Shown here piece by piece: positions 1 through 9,687 of a stretch of 33,982 nt of DNA (positions are counted from its first letter, which is position 1; every line of letters starts with the position of its first letter). The DNA is from a candidate division WOR-3 bacterium. Lineage in GTDB: Bacteria > Hydrothermota > Tepidihabitantia > SM23-42 > CAYGYG01. The position numbers and the translations under genes are program-made. Location: positions 1 to 33,982 of the forward strand of contig CBFGIV010000024.1 of assembly GCA_965648915.1 (NCBI GenBank), given 5' to 3'. Under the pieces are notes generated by a model that saw nothing but the letters and a program-made list of their open reading frames with translations, made no database searches and had not been told where the DNA came from.

Positions 1-87
1 GAGGCAGCATGAAAAAAGTGGAGAGGACTCAGGAATTTTTATGTATGGGTAAAGAGCAAAAATGGCCCATTCTGTTTTCCTTGGACA

Positions 88-116
88 TTGACAGAAGACC
101 CTTTAATAAATATAAT
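88..116 (+). promoter_or_regulatory. sigma70-type promoter (TTGACA-17-TATAAT)
   Basis: Perfect TTGACA at 88-93 and TATAAT at 111-116, upstream of the + strand genes. Confidence 0.7.
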
Positions 117-238
117 AACGAATGGGTCGTAAGATATTGAAGACGGTGATAAAAATTCCAAAAATTGGTGAGGAAAGAATAGGGACTGATTACAATTCAT
201 CCAGAACAGATAGGTGCGGGATTTAATTTTTTCAACTT

Positions 239-469
239 ATGCTCATCAATATCCATACCATACCCAACGCCAGAAAGAGAGAGGTTATTATGATAGAAAA
301 AGATTATTATAAAGTAAAACTGGTCTCGCCGCCGGAAAAGGGTAAGGCAAATAGAGAATTGATCGAGATCTTATCTGAGTATTTTAATACCAAGAAGTCA
401 AACATAAAAATCGTCAAAGGTGAATTTGGGCGAGATAAGATGGTTGAGATTAAGAATGATGAGGGATAA
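239..469 (+). CDS. DUF167 / YggU family protein
   Basis: 76 aa with family-like motifs PNARKREV, KVKLVSPPEKGKANRELIEILS and IKIVKGEFGRDK. Confidence 0.85.
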   Translation: MLINIHTIPNARKREVIMIEKDYYKVKLVSPPEKGKANRELIEILSEYFNTKKSNIKIVKGEFGRDKMVEIKNDEG

Positions 470-1709
470 ACTTTTTCTCCGCTTTATTCATCGGAAAATG
501 GAAACTATGTTTTGTGTTTCATTGTTATTTTTTACCGGTATGTCAAATGGAGATACAACATTTGTTGATAAAACCAACATTTCTTTTTACAGGGATTATC
601 AGATTCTATTTGCTAATAATTACAATTTATTAAATTCTACAGAGAACACGCGATCCGCAGTTAAACTTTTTAACGATATTTATTTCAGAGCGATAAATCC
701 AAACTTGAAAAATAGTATCTTAAGGAATTCTATTGGATTTTGCTGGAGATTCACGACAACCTGGATTTCAATGTCATTACCGCACGAGTTGGGACATTAT
801 TTGCGCACCAAACAGGCCGGAGGTGATTTCGGTATTGAGAAGATTACTTTTCCAATGATTTACGGCAGGCTGAAATTACCTGACGATGCCACACCCGAAG
901 ACCACACGCTTGCTTTAATCGGTGGATTTGAAGCGAATTTCATAACTGCCCGTGATGTGCAGAGGGATTTTTTCCGATACGGCAGTTTATATAATGAAGA
1001 ACTTGCAATGTCTTTTGCCCACAGAATTATGTATAACCTTTATGCTTTTCTCTTTACTCCGGTTAATCCCGAAGACCCAGAAAACTGGAAAGAGGTTATC
1101 GGTGATCCCATAACTTTTACTAAATTAGTCTGGGAATTTGGTGGAAGGGATGTTTTTCTTCAGGATAGTGCTGTTAACAGAGAGCTTATTGATTTTTACA
1201 AAAAATCAATCTATGCGTCGTTGCTCTGGAATTTATTTGATTTCAATTTTTACCGCGAAGCAACTTCATTTTTTGGAAATGAACTTGGCGGGAAAAAGGC
1301 AAAGTATATAATCGGTAATGAAAGTAATGGCTGGGCATATGGGACAATTTTTAATACTTCAACTTTGGGGGTAGAACTCTATTTCAATAACTATTTAAGA
1401 TTGAATAGAAAGTTTTATGTATTCTATTTGAAATATGGATTTCCTTTTCATAATACCGGAATGGGCATTCTTAACGATAGTTTAATAAAATCGGGTGCTT
1501 TTAGTATGGATTTGGGTCTGGATCTATGGAAGCAGGACTACTATGGCAATGGTTTCGCGATGCACACCTGTCTTAATTATTCAATTACTGATCATTTTGG
1601 CATAATCCTGCAACCATACCTGAAATCGAAAGGGTATTTACCCGGTATGCCAACAACTGGAGGTTTAACATTTATCTTAAGAATAAAGTATTACTTTAAC
1701 AAAATATAA
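456..1709 (+). CDS. Hypothetical exported protein with HExxH zinc-binding motif (start uncertain: 456/459/499/508)
   Basis: Long ORF overlapping the DUF167 stop. It has a hydrophobic N-terminal stretch, LPHELGH, and an aromatic-rich C-terminal region. AT-rich. Confidence 0.6.
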   Translation: MMRDKLFLRFIHRKMETMFCVSLLFFTGMSNGDTTFVDKTNISFYRDYQILFANNYNLLNSTENTRSAVKLFNDIYFRAINPNLKNSILRNSIGFCWRFTTTWISMSLPHELGHYLRTKQAGGDFGIEKITFPMIYGRLKLPDDATPEDHTLALIGGFEANFITARDVQRDFFRYGSLYNEELAMSFAHRIMYNLYAFLFTPVNPEDPENWKEVIGDPITFTKLVWEFGGRDVFLQDSAVNRELIDFYKKSIYASLLWNLFDFNFYREATSFFGNELGGKKAKYIIGNESNGWAYGTIFNTSTLGVELYFNNYLRLNRKFYVFYLKYGFPFHNTGMGILNDSLIKSGAFSMDLGLDLWKQDYYGNGFAMHTCLNYSITDHFGIILQPYLKSKGYLPGMPTTGGLTFILRIKYYFNKI

Positions 1710-1799
1710 AAATTTTTGTAAATGAATTAAATTCAAGAGTAATAGATATTAGTTTAGATGCTATTAACTAAAAGATCTTAAAACCATGGTAACTACCGA

Positions 1800-1827
1800 T
1801 TGACAACTCTTTGTATATTATTATAAT
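1800..1827 (+). promoter_or_regulatory. sigma70-type promoter (TTGACA-16-TATAAT)
   Basis: TTGACA at 1800-1805 and TATAAT at 1822-1827. Confidence 0.7.
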
Positions 1828-1995
1828 GAGTTGTTCTTAATTCTTAAGATTGCTGAAATTTTTTTTGTTTTGATTAAACTTTTACGACTAATCGTTCTGT
1901 TAAAAAGACGCAGTAGATCAGTTAAAGATTCAATCGTTAATAGACCTTTCGGCGATGATCAAATTGAATTAAGATATTTATTGAAAATTAAAATT

Positions 1996-4833
1996 ATGCC
2001 TGTTTTCTTCTTAACCGATATCGAGGGTTCAACAGAAAAGTGGGAAAAATATCGCACGGCGATGGGTGACGCACTGATGCGGCACGATGCGATTCTTGAG
2101 GAAAGTATAAAGAGATATGGGGGTAAGATCATCAAGCATACGGGTGATGGATTTTTTGCCGTTTTTGAGGGAGGAGACCCGTTAAAATGTGCGCTCGAAA
2201 TTCAGAAGAGATTAAGTGAAGAAACCTGGGGGCCAATCGGCGAGTTGCGCATCAGAATAGCGATCAATGCCGGCACCGCAGATAAAAGAGGGGATGACTA
2301 TTTTGGCCCGGCAGTGAATCGGACGGCAAGGATTCTGGCAGCAGCCTGGGGCGGACAGATTCTTCTCACGCCCGAGGTTGTAAAACTCACCAGTTTACCG
2401 GTAGGTGCTTCAATTAAAGACCTCGGGATGCACCGGCTTAAAGATCTCGGCGAACCCCAAATTATCTTTGGCCTGATCCATCCCGATTTAAAGATAATTG
2501 ATTTTCCACCGCCACGATCTCTGTCTGCACGGCCAAACAATCTGCCCGTGCAAACAACCCCTTTTATTGGTCGTGAAACGGAGATAAGAGAGATAAAAGA
2601 TCTGTTATCTAATTCTGAATGTCGTCTGTTAACCATCACGGGTGCAGGGGGAGTCGGCAAAACCCGGCTGGCAATTCATTGTGCCGCGGAGATGATTGAG
2701 GAATTTCCACAGGGTGTCTATCACATAGCACTTGCACCTTTAAGTTCAATCAATTTTTTGGTTCTGACAATTGCCGATTCAATAAAATTTTCTTTTTACA
2801 GTCAGCAGGATCCTAAAATTCAACTCCTTAATTATCTGCGCGAAAAAAAGATGTTGCTTTTGATGGATAATTTTGACAATTTTATTGAAGGGGCTGATTT
2901 TCTTGTTGAAATTTTAATCAATGCACCGGATGTTAAAATACTCGTTACCTCGCGCGAACGACTGAATTTAAGAGGCGAATGGATATTCCAGATTACTGGA
3001 CTAAAATTTCCTGAACAACCAGATATTGAAAATCTCGAAGAATTCAGCGCGTTGCGCCTTTTTCTTCATAATGCTCGCCGTATTCAGCCAGGTTTTTCGG
3101 TATCCCGGGAAGACCTGCCCGATCTTGTCCGCATCTGCCAGTTGGTTCAGGGTATGCCGTTGGCGATTGAACTGGCTTCATCCTGGGTCAGGGCATTATC
3201 GATAAGGGAAATTTGCCGTGAGATTGAGAAGAGTCTCGATTTTCTGACGACCACTATTAAAGATATTCCGGAACGGCATCGCAGTTTAAGGGCGGTTTTT
3301 GAATCTTCGTGGCAGTTACTTTCAGAGAAGGAGAAAGGGGCTTTCAGGAAACTGTCCATTTTTCGAGGTGGATTTAATCGGGAGGCAGCTGAGAAGGTGG
3401 CGGGTGTTTCAATCGCACAACTTTCTCTCTTGACTGATAAATCAATACTGCAACGATCTAGTGAAGGGCGTTATAGTTTTCTGGAGTTAATAAGGCAGTA
3501 CGCAATAGAAAAACTTGAAGAAAAGTCCGATGAGCGGGAAGAGATTGAAAGATTACATAGCGGTTACTACGGTTCTTTTCTTGAACAGAAAAAAAATGAT
3601 CTCATAAGTAAAAGACAGAAAGAAGGGATGAACGAAATCGGTATTGAGATTGAAAATATAAGGGCTGGTTACTCCTGGGCGGTTGAGAATCAGAATAAAG
3701 AATTGGTCGAAAAGTATCTTGAAACCCTAAGTTATTATTATGAATTGATGGGTTGGTTTAAGGAGGCTGATAAACTATTCAGTCAAACGGTAAAACATTG
3801 GCAGACGATTGCATCTCAGCCCGGTCGGGATAAATTGTTCGCCAGTGAAACGCTGGGGAAGGTTCTGATTCATCAGGGTCGACATCTCTTCCGTCTTGGC
3901 CAACACCGAGAGGCCGAGGATATTATTCAGCAAGGGCTTCGGTTACTTCAGGATCGGGCTGAACCTGATATTCTCGCTTTTGCCTATAATAACCTTGGCA
4001 GTATTACTTATGCCCAGGGCGATTATGATCGCGCTGAAAAGTATAACAGGATGAGTCTCGAACTTTATCAGAAAACCGGTAATGCTCGGGGAATAGCAAG
4101 TGCCATCAATAATTTAGGTGGCTTGGCTTATGCGCGCGGCGATTATGAAGCAGCACTGAAGTTGTATCAAGAGTGTGTTGATCTCATCGCTGAATCTGGC
4201 GATCCTTATGCGAAGTCAATAATCTTAAGTAACATCAGTAACATCTATTACGATAAGAAGAATTTAGAGGTTGCCCAGAAGCTCGATGAGGAGAGCTTGA
4301 AGCTATCCAGGGAAATTAATAATCTGATGGGCATCGAAAGAGCACTGATTAATCTGGGAATGGTTGCCAGCGATCGGGGCGATTATAACCAGGCCAAGGC
4401 TTTGTATGAAGAAGGACTGAAGGTGGCTCGAGAAATTGGTCATACCGAAGATGTTATTGTCGCACGGTTGAATTTGGCCGATACCTGTCGAGCAATTAAA
4501 GAATTTAAAGATGCACGGCAGCACTATCTCGAGGCATTAAATATCGCCAAAAATAATCATCAGATTCCGTTGATGTTAAGCGTTTTGTTAGGTTTGGCAA
4601 AAATTGAGATTTCTCAGAATAAAGAGAGAGATGCTTTAAAGTTACTTGAGGTCGTGTTAAACCATCCTGCAGTAAGTAATGATGTCCGGGTTCAAACCCG
4701 TCAGGTTTACGAAACTATAAAATCGAAACTACCATCATCAACCATTGATGAGATTACGGCTCAGACCAGAGGTGTAGAACTTACAGAGATTGTGAACGAA
4801 ATTCTACAGGGTCGTCATAAGAAGTCAGAATGA
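1996..4833 (+). CDS. Class III adenylate/guanylate cyclase + STAND (NB-ARC-like) ATPase + TPR repeats
   Basis: Cyclase motifs LTDIEGST, IKHTGDG, DYFGPAVNRTARI. FIGRE, Walker A GAGGVGKT, Walker B LLLMDNFD, GMPLAIELA. C-terminal TPRs (AYNNLGSI, AINNLGGL). ATG at 1996 preferred over the TTG at 1831 because homology begins there. Confidence 0.88.
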   Translation: MPVFFLTDIEGSTEKWEKYRTAMGDALMRHDAILEESIKRYGGKIIKHTGDGFFAVFEGGDPLKCALEIQKRLSEETWGPIGELRIRIAINAGTADKRGDDYFGPAVNRTARILAAAWGGQILLTPEVVKLTSLPVGASIKDLGMHRLKDLGEPQIIFGLIHPDLKIIDFPPPRSLSARPNNLPVQTTPFIGRETEIREIKDLLSNSECRLLTITGAGGVGKTRLAIHCAAEMIEEFPQGVYHIALAPLSSINFLVLTIADSIKFSFYSQQDPKIQLLNYLREKKMLLLMDNFDNFIEGADFLVEILINAPDVKILVTSRERLNLRGEWIFQITGLKFPEQPDIENLEEFSALRLFLHNARRIQPGFSVSREDLPDLVRICQLVQGMPLAIELASSWVRALSIREICREIEKSLDFLTTTIKDIPERHRSLRAVFESSWQLLSEKEKGAFRKLSIFRGGFNREAAEKVAGVSIAQLSLLTDKSILQRSSEGRYSFLELIRQYAIEKLEEKSDEREEIERLHSGYYGSFLEQKKNDLISKRQKEGMNEIGIEIENIRAGYSWAVENQNKELVEKYLETLSYYYELMGWFKEADKLFSQTVKHWQTIASQPGRDKLFASETLGKVLIHQGRHLFRLGQHREAEDIIQQGLRLLQDRAEPDILAFAYNNLGSITYAQGDYDRAEKYNRMSLELYQKTGNARGIASAINNLGGLAYARGDYEAALKLYQECVDLIAESGDPYAKSIILSNISNIYYDKKNLEVAQKLDEESLKLSREINNLMGIERALINLGMVASDRGDYNQAKALYEEGLKVAREIGHTEDVIVARLNLADTCRAIKEFKDARQHYLEALNIAKNNHQIPLMLSVLLGLAKIEISQNKERDALKLLEVVLNHPAVSNDVRVQTRQVYETIKSKLPSSTIDEITAQTRGVELTEIVNEILQGRHKKSE

Positions 4834-4878
4834 TCCCGTATCAATCATCGAAACATTGACTCGAAATTCAAATTTATC

Positions 4879-6444
4879 TTAATAGAGGAAACTTGAACCA
4901 CCAATAAACTCCCTTAAGATCGAAGTGGGTGGGACCTCATCGGGTGTGACGGGCAAGAAGTAGGAAAGGAGGTTGAGAAGTCTACGGGCTTCATAAAATT
5001 CTTTCTGATCCGCTTTTATTTTTTTTAATATCGGTTCGATGTAGGTCTTTAATACCGCCAGTTCATATATTAACGCTGAATTGAACATTGCATCGGCATC
5101 TTCCTGAAATGGATAGATGTTTTCTTCTTCGCCTTTTCTGATCTGGTACCAACGTTTGATCGTTTCCGACCCTTCATATCCCCGGAAGAGATAATCGCGG
5201 ACAATACGGCGCACCATCCTTGTGTCAGTGGTCGATATCCGATGATGGTCATCGAGATTCAACTGGGTTAGGGCATTTATATAAATCTTGAATTTTATGG
5301 CTCGAGGGATCTCAGCGAGGAGCGCCTCATTTAAGCCGTGAAGACCTTCGATGATGAGGACGGTCTTAGGTTCGACCTTTAACCTTTCGCCCCTTTTCCT
5401 TCGACCGGTATGAAAACTGAATTGCGGTATAAATACTGCTTTACCTTTAAGAAGCTTATCAATCTGTTCGGCTAAAAGAGCGACATCGATTGCCTTTATT
5501 GACTCGAAGTCATAATTACCAGACGCATCTTTTGGTGTTTTATCCCTTTCCAAAAAGTAGTTGTCGATGGAGATTGAAAATGAGGGGATCTCATTGACCA
5601 GGAGTTGAATTGATAATCTCTTGGAAAATGTTGTCTTGCCGGCACCCGAAGGACCGGCAATAAATACCAGCCTTATCCTCTTTCGGTTACGGACAATATC
5701 ATCGGCAATCAGGGCAACCTTTTTCTCATGGAGTGCTTCAGAGACCTTAATAAATTTCGATATTTCACCTTTCTTGATAATCTCATTGAGCATACCAACA
5801 TTATCGACGCCAAGGATTTTTGCCCATTTCTCATGTTCCTGGAATATATTAAATAGTTTCTTCTGATTTTGAAAATGGGGTAATCGTTCGGGATCTTCAA
5901 TCCTTGGGAAGCGAAGGATAAAACCCGGAGGATAATATTTTAAACCGAAGACTTTAAGGAAACCGGTTGAAGGCACAAGGGGAACCGGGAAAAAATCTTT
6001 GATTTTACCACAGGCGTAGACTTCAATCTTTTTATGGTCGGCATATTTAAATAGTTTTAATCTGTCAGTCTTTTCCTGTAATCTAACTGACCTCAGTAAT
6101 TTCTCGGGTTCTTTGCAAGATTGAAGTATTGGTTCATTCCGGGAAATGATTTTTCTCATTCGTTCTTCAATCTTTTTGATGTGGGTCTCATTGAGTCTCC
6201 GAAAATTAAAGAGTTCACAGTATAAACCCCGGCTCAAAGAGTGTTCGACCACCAGACGTGCTTTGGGATAGATCTCTTTGACTGCCCTTATCAGAATCAG
6301 GGTAAGAGAATTTTCGTAAACCCTTAATCCGGTCCAGGAACCGAGTGGAACATATTCTATCTTGTCACCGGGTCGGGTCGGAGCATTTAAACCGACCAGT
6401 CGATTATTAACTATCTTGGCAACATAAAAAGGCTGTTCTTTCAT
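4879..6444 (-). CDS. Nucleoside (uridine) kinase / PRK family with N-terminal ThrRS-like domain
   Basis: Walker A IAGPSGAGKTT, SIDNYF, IIEGLHGLN, RRIVRD, IREFIGGS-like C-terminus (LREFIGGS). N-terminal ThrRS-like region (VEHSLSRGLYCEL). Confidence 0.85.
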   Translation of the reverse strand: MKEQPFYVAKIVNNRLVGLNAPTRPGDKIEYVPLGSWTGLRVYENSLTLILIRAVKEIYPKARLVVEHSLSRGLYCELFNFRRLNETHIKKIEERMRKIISRNEPILQSCKEPEKLLRSVRLQEKTDRLKLFKYADHKKIEVYACGKIKDFFPVPLVPSTGFLKVFGLKYYPPGFILRFPRIEDPERLPHFQNQKKLFNIFQEHEKWAKILGVDNVGMLNEIIKKGEISKFIKVSEALHEKKVALIADDIVRNRKRIRLVFIAGPSGAGKTTFSKRLSIQLLVNEIPSFSISIDNYFLERDKTPKDASGNYDFESIKAIDVALLAEQIDKLLKGKAVFIPQFSFHTGRRKRGERLKVEPKTVLIIEGLHGLNEALLAEIPRAIKFKIYINALTQLNLDDHHRISTTDTRMVRRIVRDYLFRGYEGSETIKRWYQIRKGEEENIYPFQEDADAMFNSALIYELAVLKTYIEPILKKIKADQKEFYEARRLLNLLSYFLPVTPDEVPPTSILREFIGGSSFLY

Positions 6445-6842
6445 AATTTTGGCGATGCCGTCTTAAAAAAGAGCCAGGCCTCGGGTCCGGCCTTAAGAAA
6501 TTTTAATAAGAGATACCGCCCCTTTAATCGCCTGCCATTCAGATCAAATTCTATTCTCTTTTCGATTCGCTCCTTTACTTGGTATGTCCCTCTATCCCAG
6601 ATTTTTACTTCGCCCGCACCATATTCACCTTCTGGAATTGTTCCTTCGAAACCGGCGTAATCGAGCGGATGATCTTCGACCTGAATTGCCAGCCTTCGAA
6701 TGCCGGGTCGGGTTGGCGGTTCTTTGGGAACTGCCCAGGATTTAAGAACACCATCCATCTCCAGCCTCAAATCCCAGTGGTGATGGGTTGCATAGTGCTC
6801 ATGGACAACAAAGATGGGGCTTTTCTTCAATCTGATCCTCAA
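6441..6842 (-). CDS. Stand-alone LigD 3'-phosphoesterase domain protein (possible start TTG at 6830)
   Basis: FVVHEHYATHHHWDLRLE, LKSWAVPK, RLAIQVEDHPLDY and FEGTIPEGEYGAG motifs. Confidence 0.9.
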   Translation of the reverse strand: MRIRLKKSPIFVVHEHYATHHHWDLRLEMDGVLKSWAVPKEPPTRPGIRRLAIQVEDHPLDYAGFEGTIPEGEYGAGEVKIWDRGTYQVKERIEKRIEFDLNGRRLKGRYLLLKFLKAGPEAWLFFKTASPKL

Positions 6843-9668
6843 TCACATCTGGTTTGACTGCCAGGACTTTTTAAGTTCTTTAAGTTCAGCATCGATTATC
6901 ACTTCTTCTTTGAGACCATAGATGACCAGTCTTCTCTTCTTGGTGGTTTGACCGATTGATGATACAGGCAGATCTTTAAAGAGCGATAAAAATTCTCTTC
7001 TCTTTTCTTCCGGGACTTCAGCAATAAATCGAGAATTGGACTCAGCAAAGAGGATAAAGTCATCCCGTTCGATTGGTTCATCGGTAATGACTTTCTTTAA
7101 AAAAATCTCGGCACCGATATCACCGGCAAATGACATTTCGGCTAAAGCAATGCCGAGCCCTCCTTCAGACAGGTCATGGCAGGAAAGAATGAGGCCTCGC
7201 TTGATGGCCTGGTGGATCATCTGCATCAATCTCCTGGCCATTTTTACATCGACGGTTGGCACCTTACCCCCATTGTATCCTTTTCTTAAAAAATATTCCG
7301 AGCAACCGAGTTCCTTTCTGGTAATACCCAGGAGATAGAGTAAATTTCCTGGCTTCTTGAGATCCATTGTGATACAGTGTCTGGTATCTTCGACAATACC
7401 TACAGCAGAAATTAAAAGGGTCGGCAGGATAGCCATCAATCTTCCATCCGGCCCTTTATATTCATTGTAAAGGCTGTCCTTCCCCGAAATAAACGGTGTT
7501 CCAAAACCTTTACCAATATCATAACAGGCCTGGGCAGTATCGACGATGTCGGCAAGGATTTCAGGCCTTTCCGGATTGCCAAAACAGAAGTTGTCGAGGA
7601 GTCCGACATAGTCAATATTACCTCCAACTGCAGTTAAGTTTCTTAAGGCTTCATCAATTGCCGATGCCGCCATCCAGTAAGGATTGCTTCTTCCGTATCT
7701 CGGGCAGATACCACAACTTAAAACTACCCCCTTATACGAATCGAGTCTGGGGCGAAAGACGACTGCATCGCCGGGACCATCATTATTCACGCCCACCAGC
7801 GGTTTTATAACACTACCGGCCTGAACCTCGTGATCGTACTGCCGGATCACCCATTCCTTTGATGATATATTAAACGAGGCGAGCAACTGAAGGAGTTCTC
7901 TTTTTAAGTCAACCGGTTCGGGAAAGAGGGGTTGATTATCATCAGTCCTTTTGGCCCGGGCCTTTTTAACTGAACGGGGTAGTCCATTATGGAGGAAATC
8001 CATATCAAGGTCGGCAACAACTGAACCATTATAGCGGAGGACCAACCTCTTATCGCCCGTAAAACGACCGATCACCGTCGCCTCAACATCTTCTGACTTG
8101 AAGATTCTTAGTAACTCACAAAGTTTATCATCAGGGACAGCCAGAATCATTCGCTCCTGTGCCTCTGAGATCCAGATTTCATTATAGGTTAATCCCTGGT
8201 ATTTGAGCGGCACCTTTTCTAAGTCGACCAGGACACCGATTTCTTTACCCATTTCACCGACGGCACTCGAAAGACCACCGCCTCCACAGTCGGTTATCGC
8301 ACTGAAGAGATCCTTTGCCGAGGCAGTGAGCAGGGTGTCGAGAAATTTCTTTTCCATTATCGGGTTACCAATCTGAACACAGGAAGACATCGACTCCGAT
8401 TCCGAAGTAAGATCGAGGGAAGCAAATGTTACACCATGGATACCATCTCGGCCTGTTCGCCCACCGACCAGGACGATATTATCTCCTACCCGGGCTCCCT
8501 TATTGATATGGGACTTTTTTATAATTCCGACTGTGCCACAGAAGACAAGAGGGTTAGAGGTGTAAGAGTCGTCATAGTAGACAGTTCCGGATGCAGTCGG
8601 GATGCCCATACGATTGCCATAATCACGCACACCAGCAACAACTCCTAAGGCTATTCTCTTTGGATGGAGCACCCCTGAGGGTAATTGGTCATAGGGAAGA
8701 TCCGGTTTGCCAAAACAGAAGACATCGGTATTGACAATGGGTTTGGCTCCCCGGCCGGTTCCGATGATATCCCGGATGACACCGCCGATACCGGTTGAGG
8801 CACCGCCATAAGGTTCGAGAGCAGATGGATGGTTGTGGGTTTCGACTTTAAAGCAGACACCGTAATCATCATCAAATTCGATAACCCCAGAGTTATCATG
8901 AAAGACGGACAGACACCAGGGAAGATTGAGTTCTTCAGTGACCCGCATCACGGTCGACCTGAGGAGGTCGTTAATTACTCTTCCATCATACTCAATTATT
9001 CCCCGGAAGGTCTTGTGTTTGCAATGTTCTGACCAGGTCTGGGCAATTGTCTCAATTTCAACATCGGTCGGGTTACGTCCCAGTCTTTTAAAGTATTCAG
9101 CAATCATTCTCATCTCTTCGAGGTTCAGGGCGAGGTTCATCCGCTGACTTAATTCGACAAAGTCGGTCTTGAAGAGATCGATTTCAATTCGCTTAAAATG
9201 GTATCTTCTGCCGGTATGCTTAACCTCTCCACCAAAACTTATGTGTTGAATCAGTGGGTTATAAAGGATTTTCGGGGCAAAGTCCAGGATGTCCTTTTTT
9301 GTTATTCTACCCCGGAATATGTAGCGCCGGGATGTCTTTACCATCTGAGCTTTCCAACCGCCATCCCTTATTGCCTTTTTAACGCTATCTTCGACAGGAT
9401 CGGTAACCGCCGGGTTATAAGTGACCTCGACTTCAATTCCCGGAATCGGTTTTTTTTCAAGATAGAATATCTCGTTTACCGAATCACACAAAATCTCCCG
9501 GGCAATCCGTTCGATCACGGTTCTGGAAAAATTGCCCCAGATATTATAGACATCGATAATCTTAACTTCATCTATTTCATAGGGGCCGATTTCTTTAAGG
9601 CCATTAATAATCTCAGCTGCCCTTGGATCAAAAGATTTCTTCTTTATTTCAACGCGGTATAATTTCAT
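6843..9668 (-). CDS. purL: Phosphoribosylformylglycinamidine synthase PurL with N-terminal PurS-like domains, no fused glutaminase
   Basis: TWSEHCKH, KVETHNHPS, DCGGGGLSSA, QYDHEV, ISGKDSLYN, HDLSEGG. ATG at 9668 chosen; TTG at 9680 is an alternative. Confidence 0.93.
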   Translation of the reverse strand: MKLYRVEIKKKSFDPRAAEIINGLKEIGPYEIDEVKIIDVYNIWGNFSRTVIERIAREILCDSVNEIFYLEKKPIPGIEVEVTYNPAVTDPVEDSVKKAIRDGGWKAQMVKTSRRYIFRGRITKKDILDFAPKILYNPLIQHISFGGEVKHTGRRYHFKRIEIDLFKTDFVELSQRMNLALNLEEMRMIAEYFKRLGRNPTDVEIETIAQTWSEHCKHKTFRGIIEYDGRVINDLLRSTVMRVTEELNLPWCLSVFHDNSGVIEFDDDYGVCFKVETHNHPSALEPYGGASTGIGGVIRDIIGTGRGAKPIVNTDVFCFGKPDLPYDQLPSGVLHPKRIALGVVAGVRDYGNRMGIPTASGTVYYDDSYTSNPLVFCGTVGIIKKSHINKGARVGDNIVLVGGRTGRDGIHGVTFASLDLTSESESMSSCVQIGNPIMEKKFLDTLLTASAKDLFSAITDCGGGGLSSAVGEMGKEIGVLVDLEKVPLKYQGLTYNEIWISEAQERMILAVPDDKLCELLRIFKSEDVEATVIGRFTGDKRLVLRYNGSVVADLDMDFLHNGLPRSVKKARAKRTDDNQPLFPEPVDLKRELLQLLASFNISSKEWVIRQYDHEVQAGSVIKPLVGVNNDGPGDAVVFRPRLDSYKGVVLSCGICPRYGRSNPYWMAASAIDEALRNLTAVGGNIDYVGLLDNFCFGNPERPEILADIVDTAQACYDIGKGFGTPFISGKDSLYNEYKGPDGRLMAILPTLLISAVGIVEDTRHCITMDLKKPGNLLYLLGITRKELGCSEYFLRKGYNGGKVPTVDVKMARRLMQMIHQAIKRGLILSCHDLSEGGLGIALAEMSFAGDIGAEIFLKKVITDEPIERDDFILFAESNSRFIAEVPEEKRREFLSLFKDLPVSSIGQTTKKRRLVIYGLKEEVIIDAELKELKKSWQSNQM

Positions 9669-9687
9669 TGTGATAGGCAAAATTCAA

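Noticed and set aside
1831..1995. N-terminal extension of the cyclase from TTG 1831
   Set aside because: Starts 3 nt after the -10 box, has no domain-like content, and cyclase homology begins at ATG 1996.
6843..9680. purL as a pseudogene because the glutaminase domain is missing
   Set aside because: The ORF is intact, and PurL forms with a separately encoded PurQ are well known.
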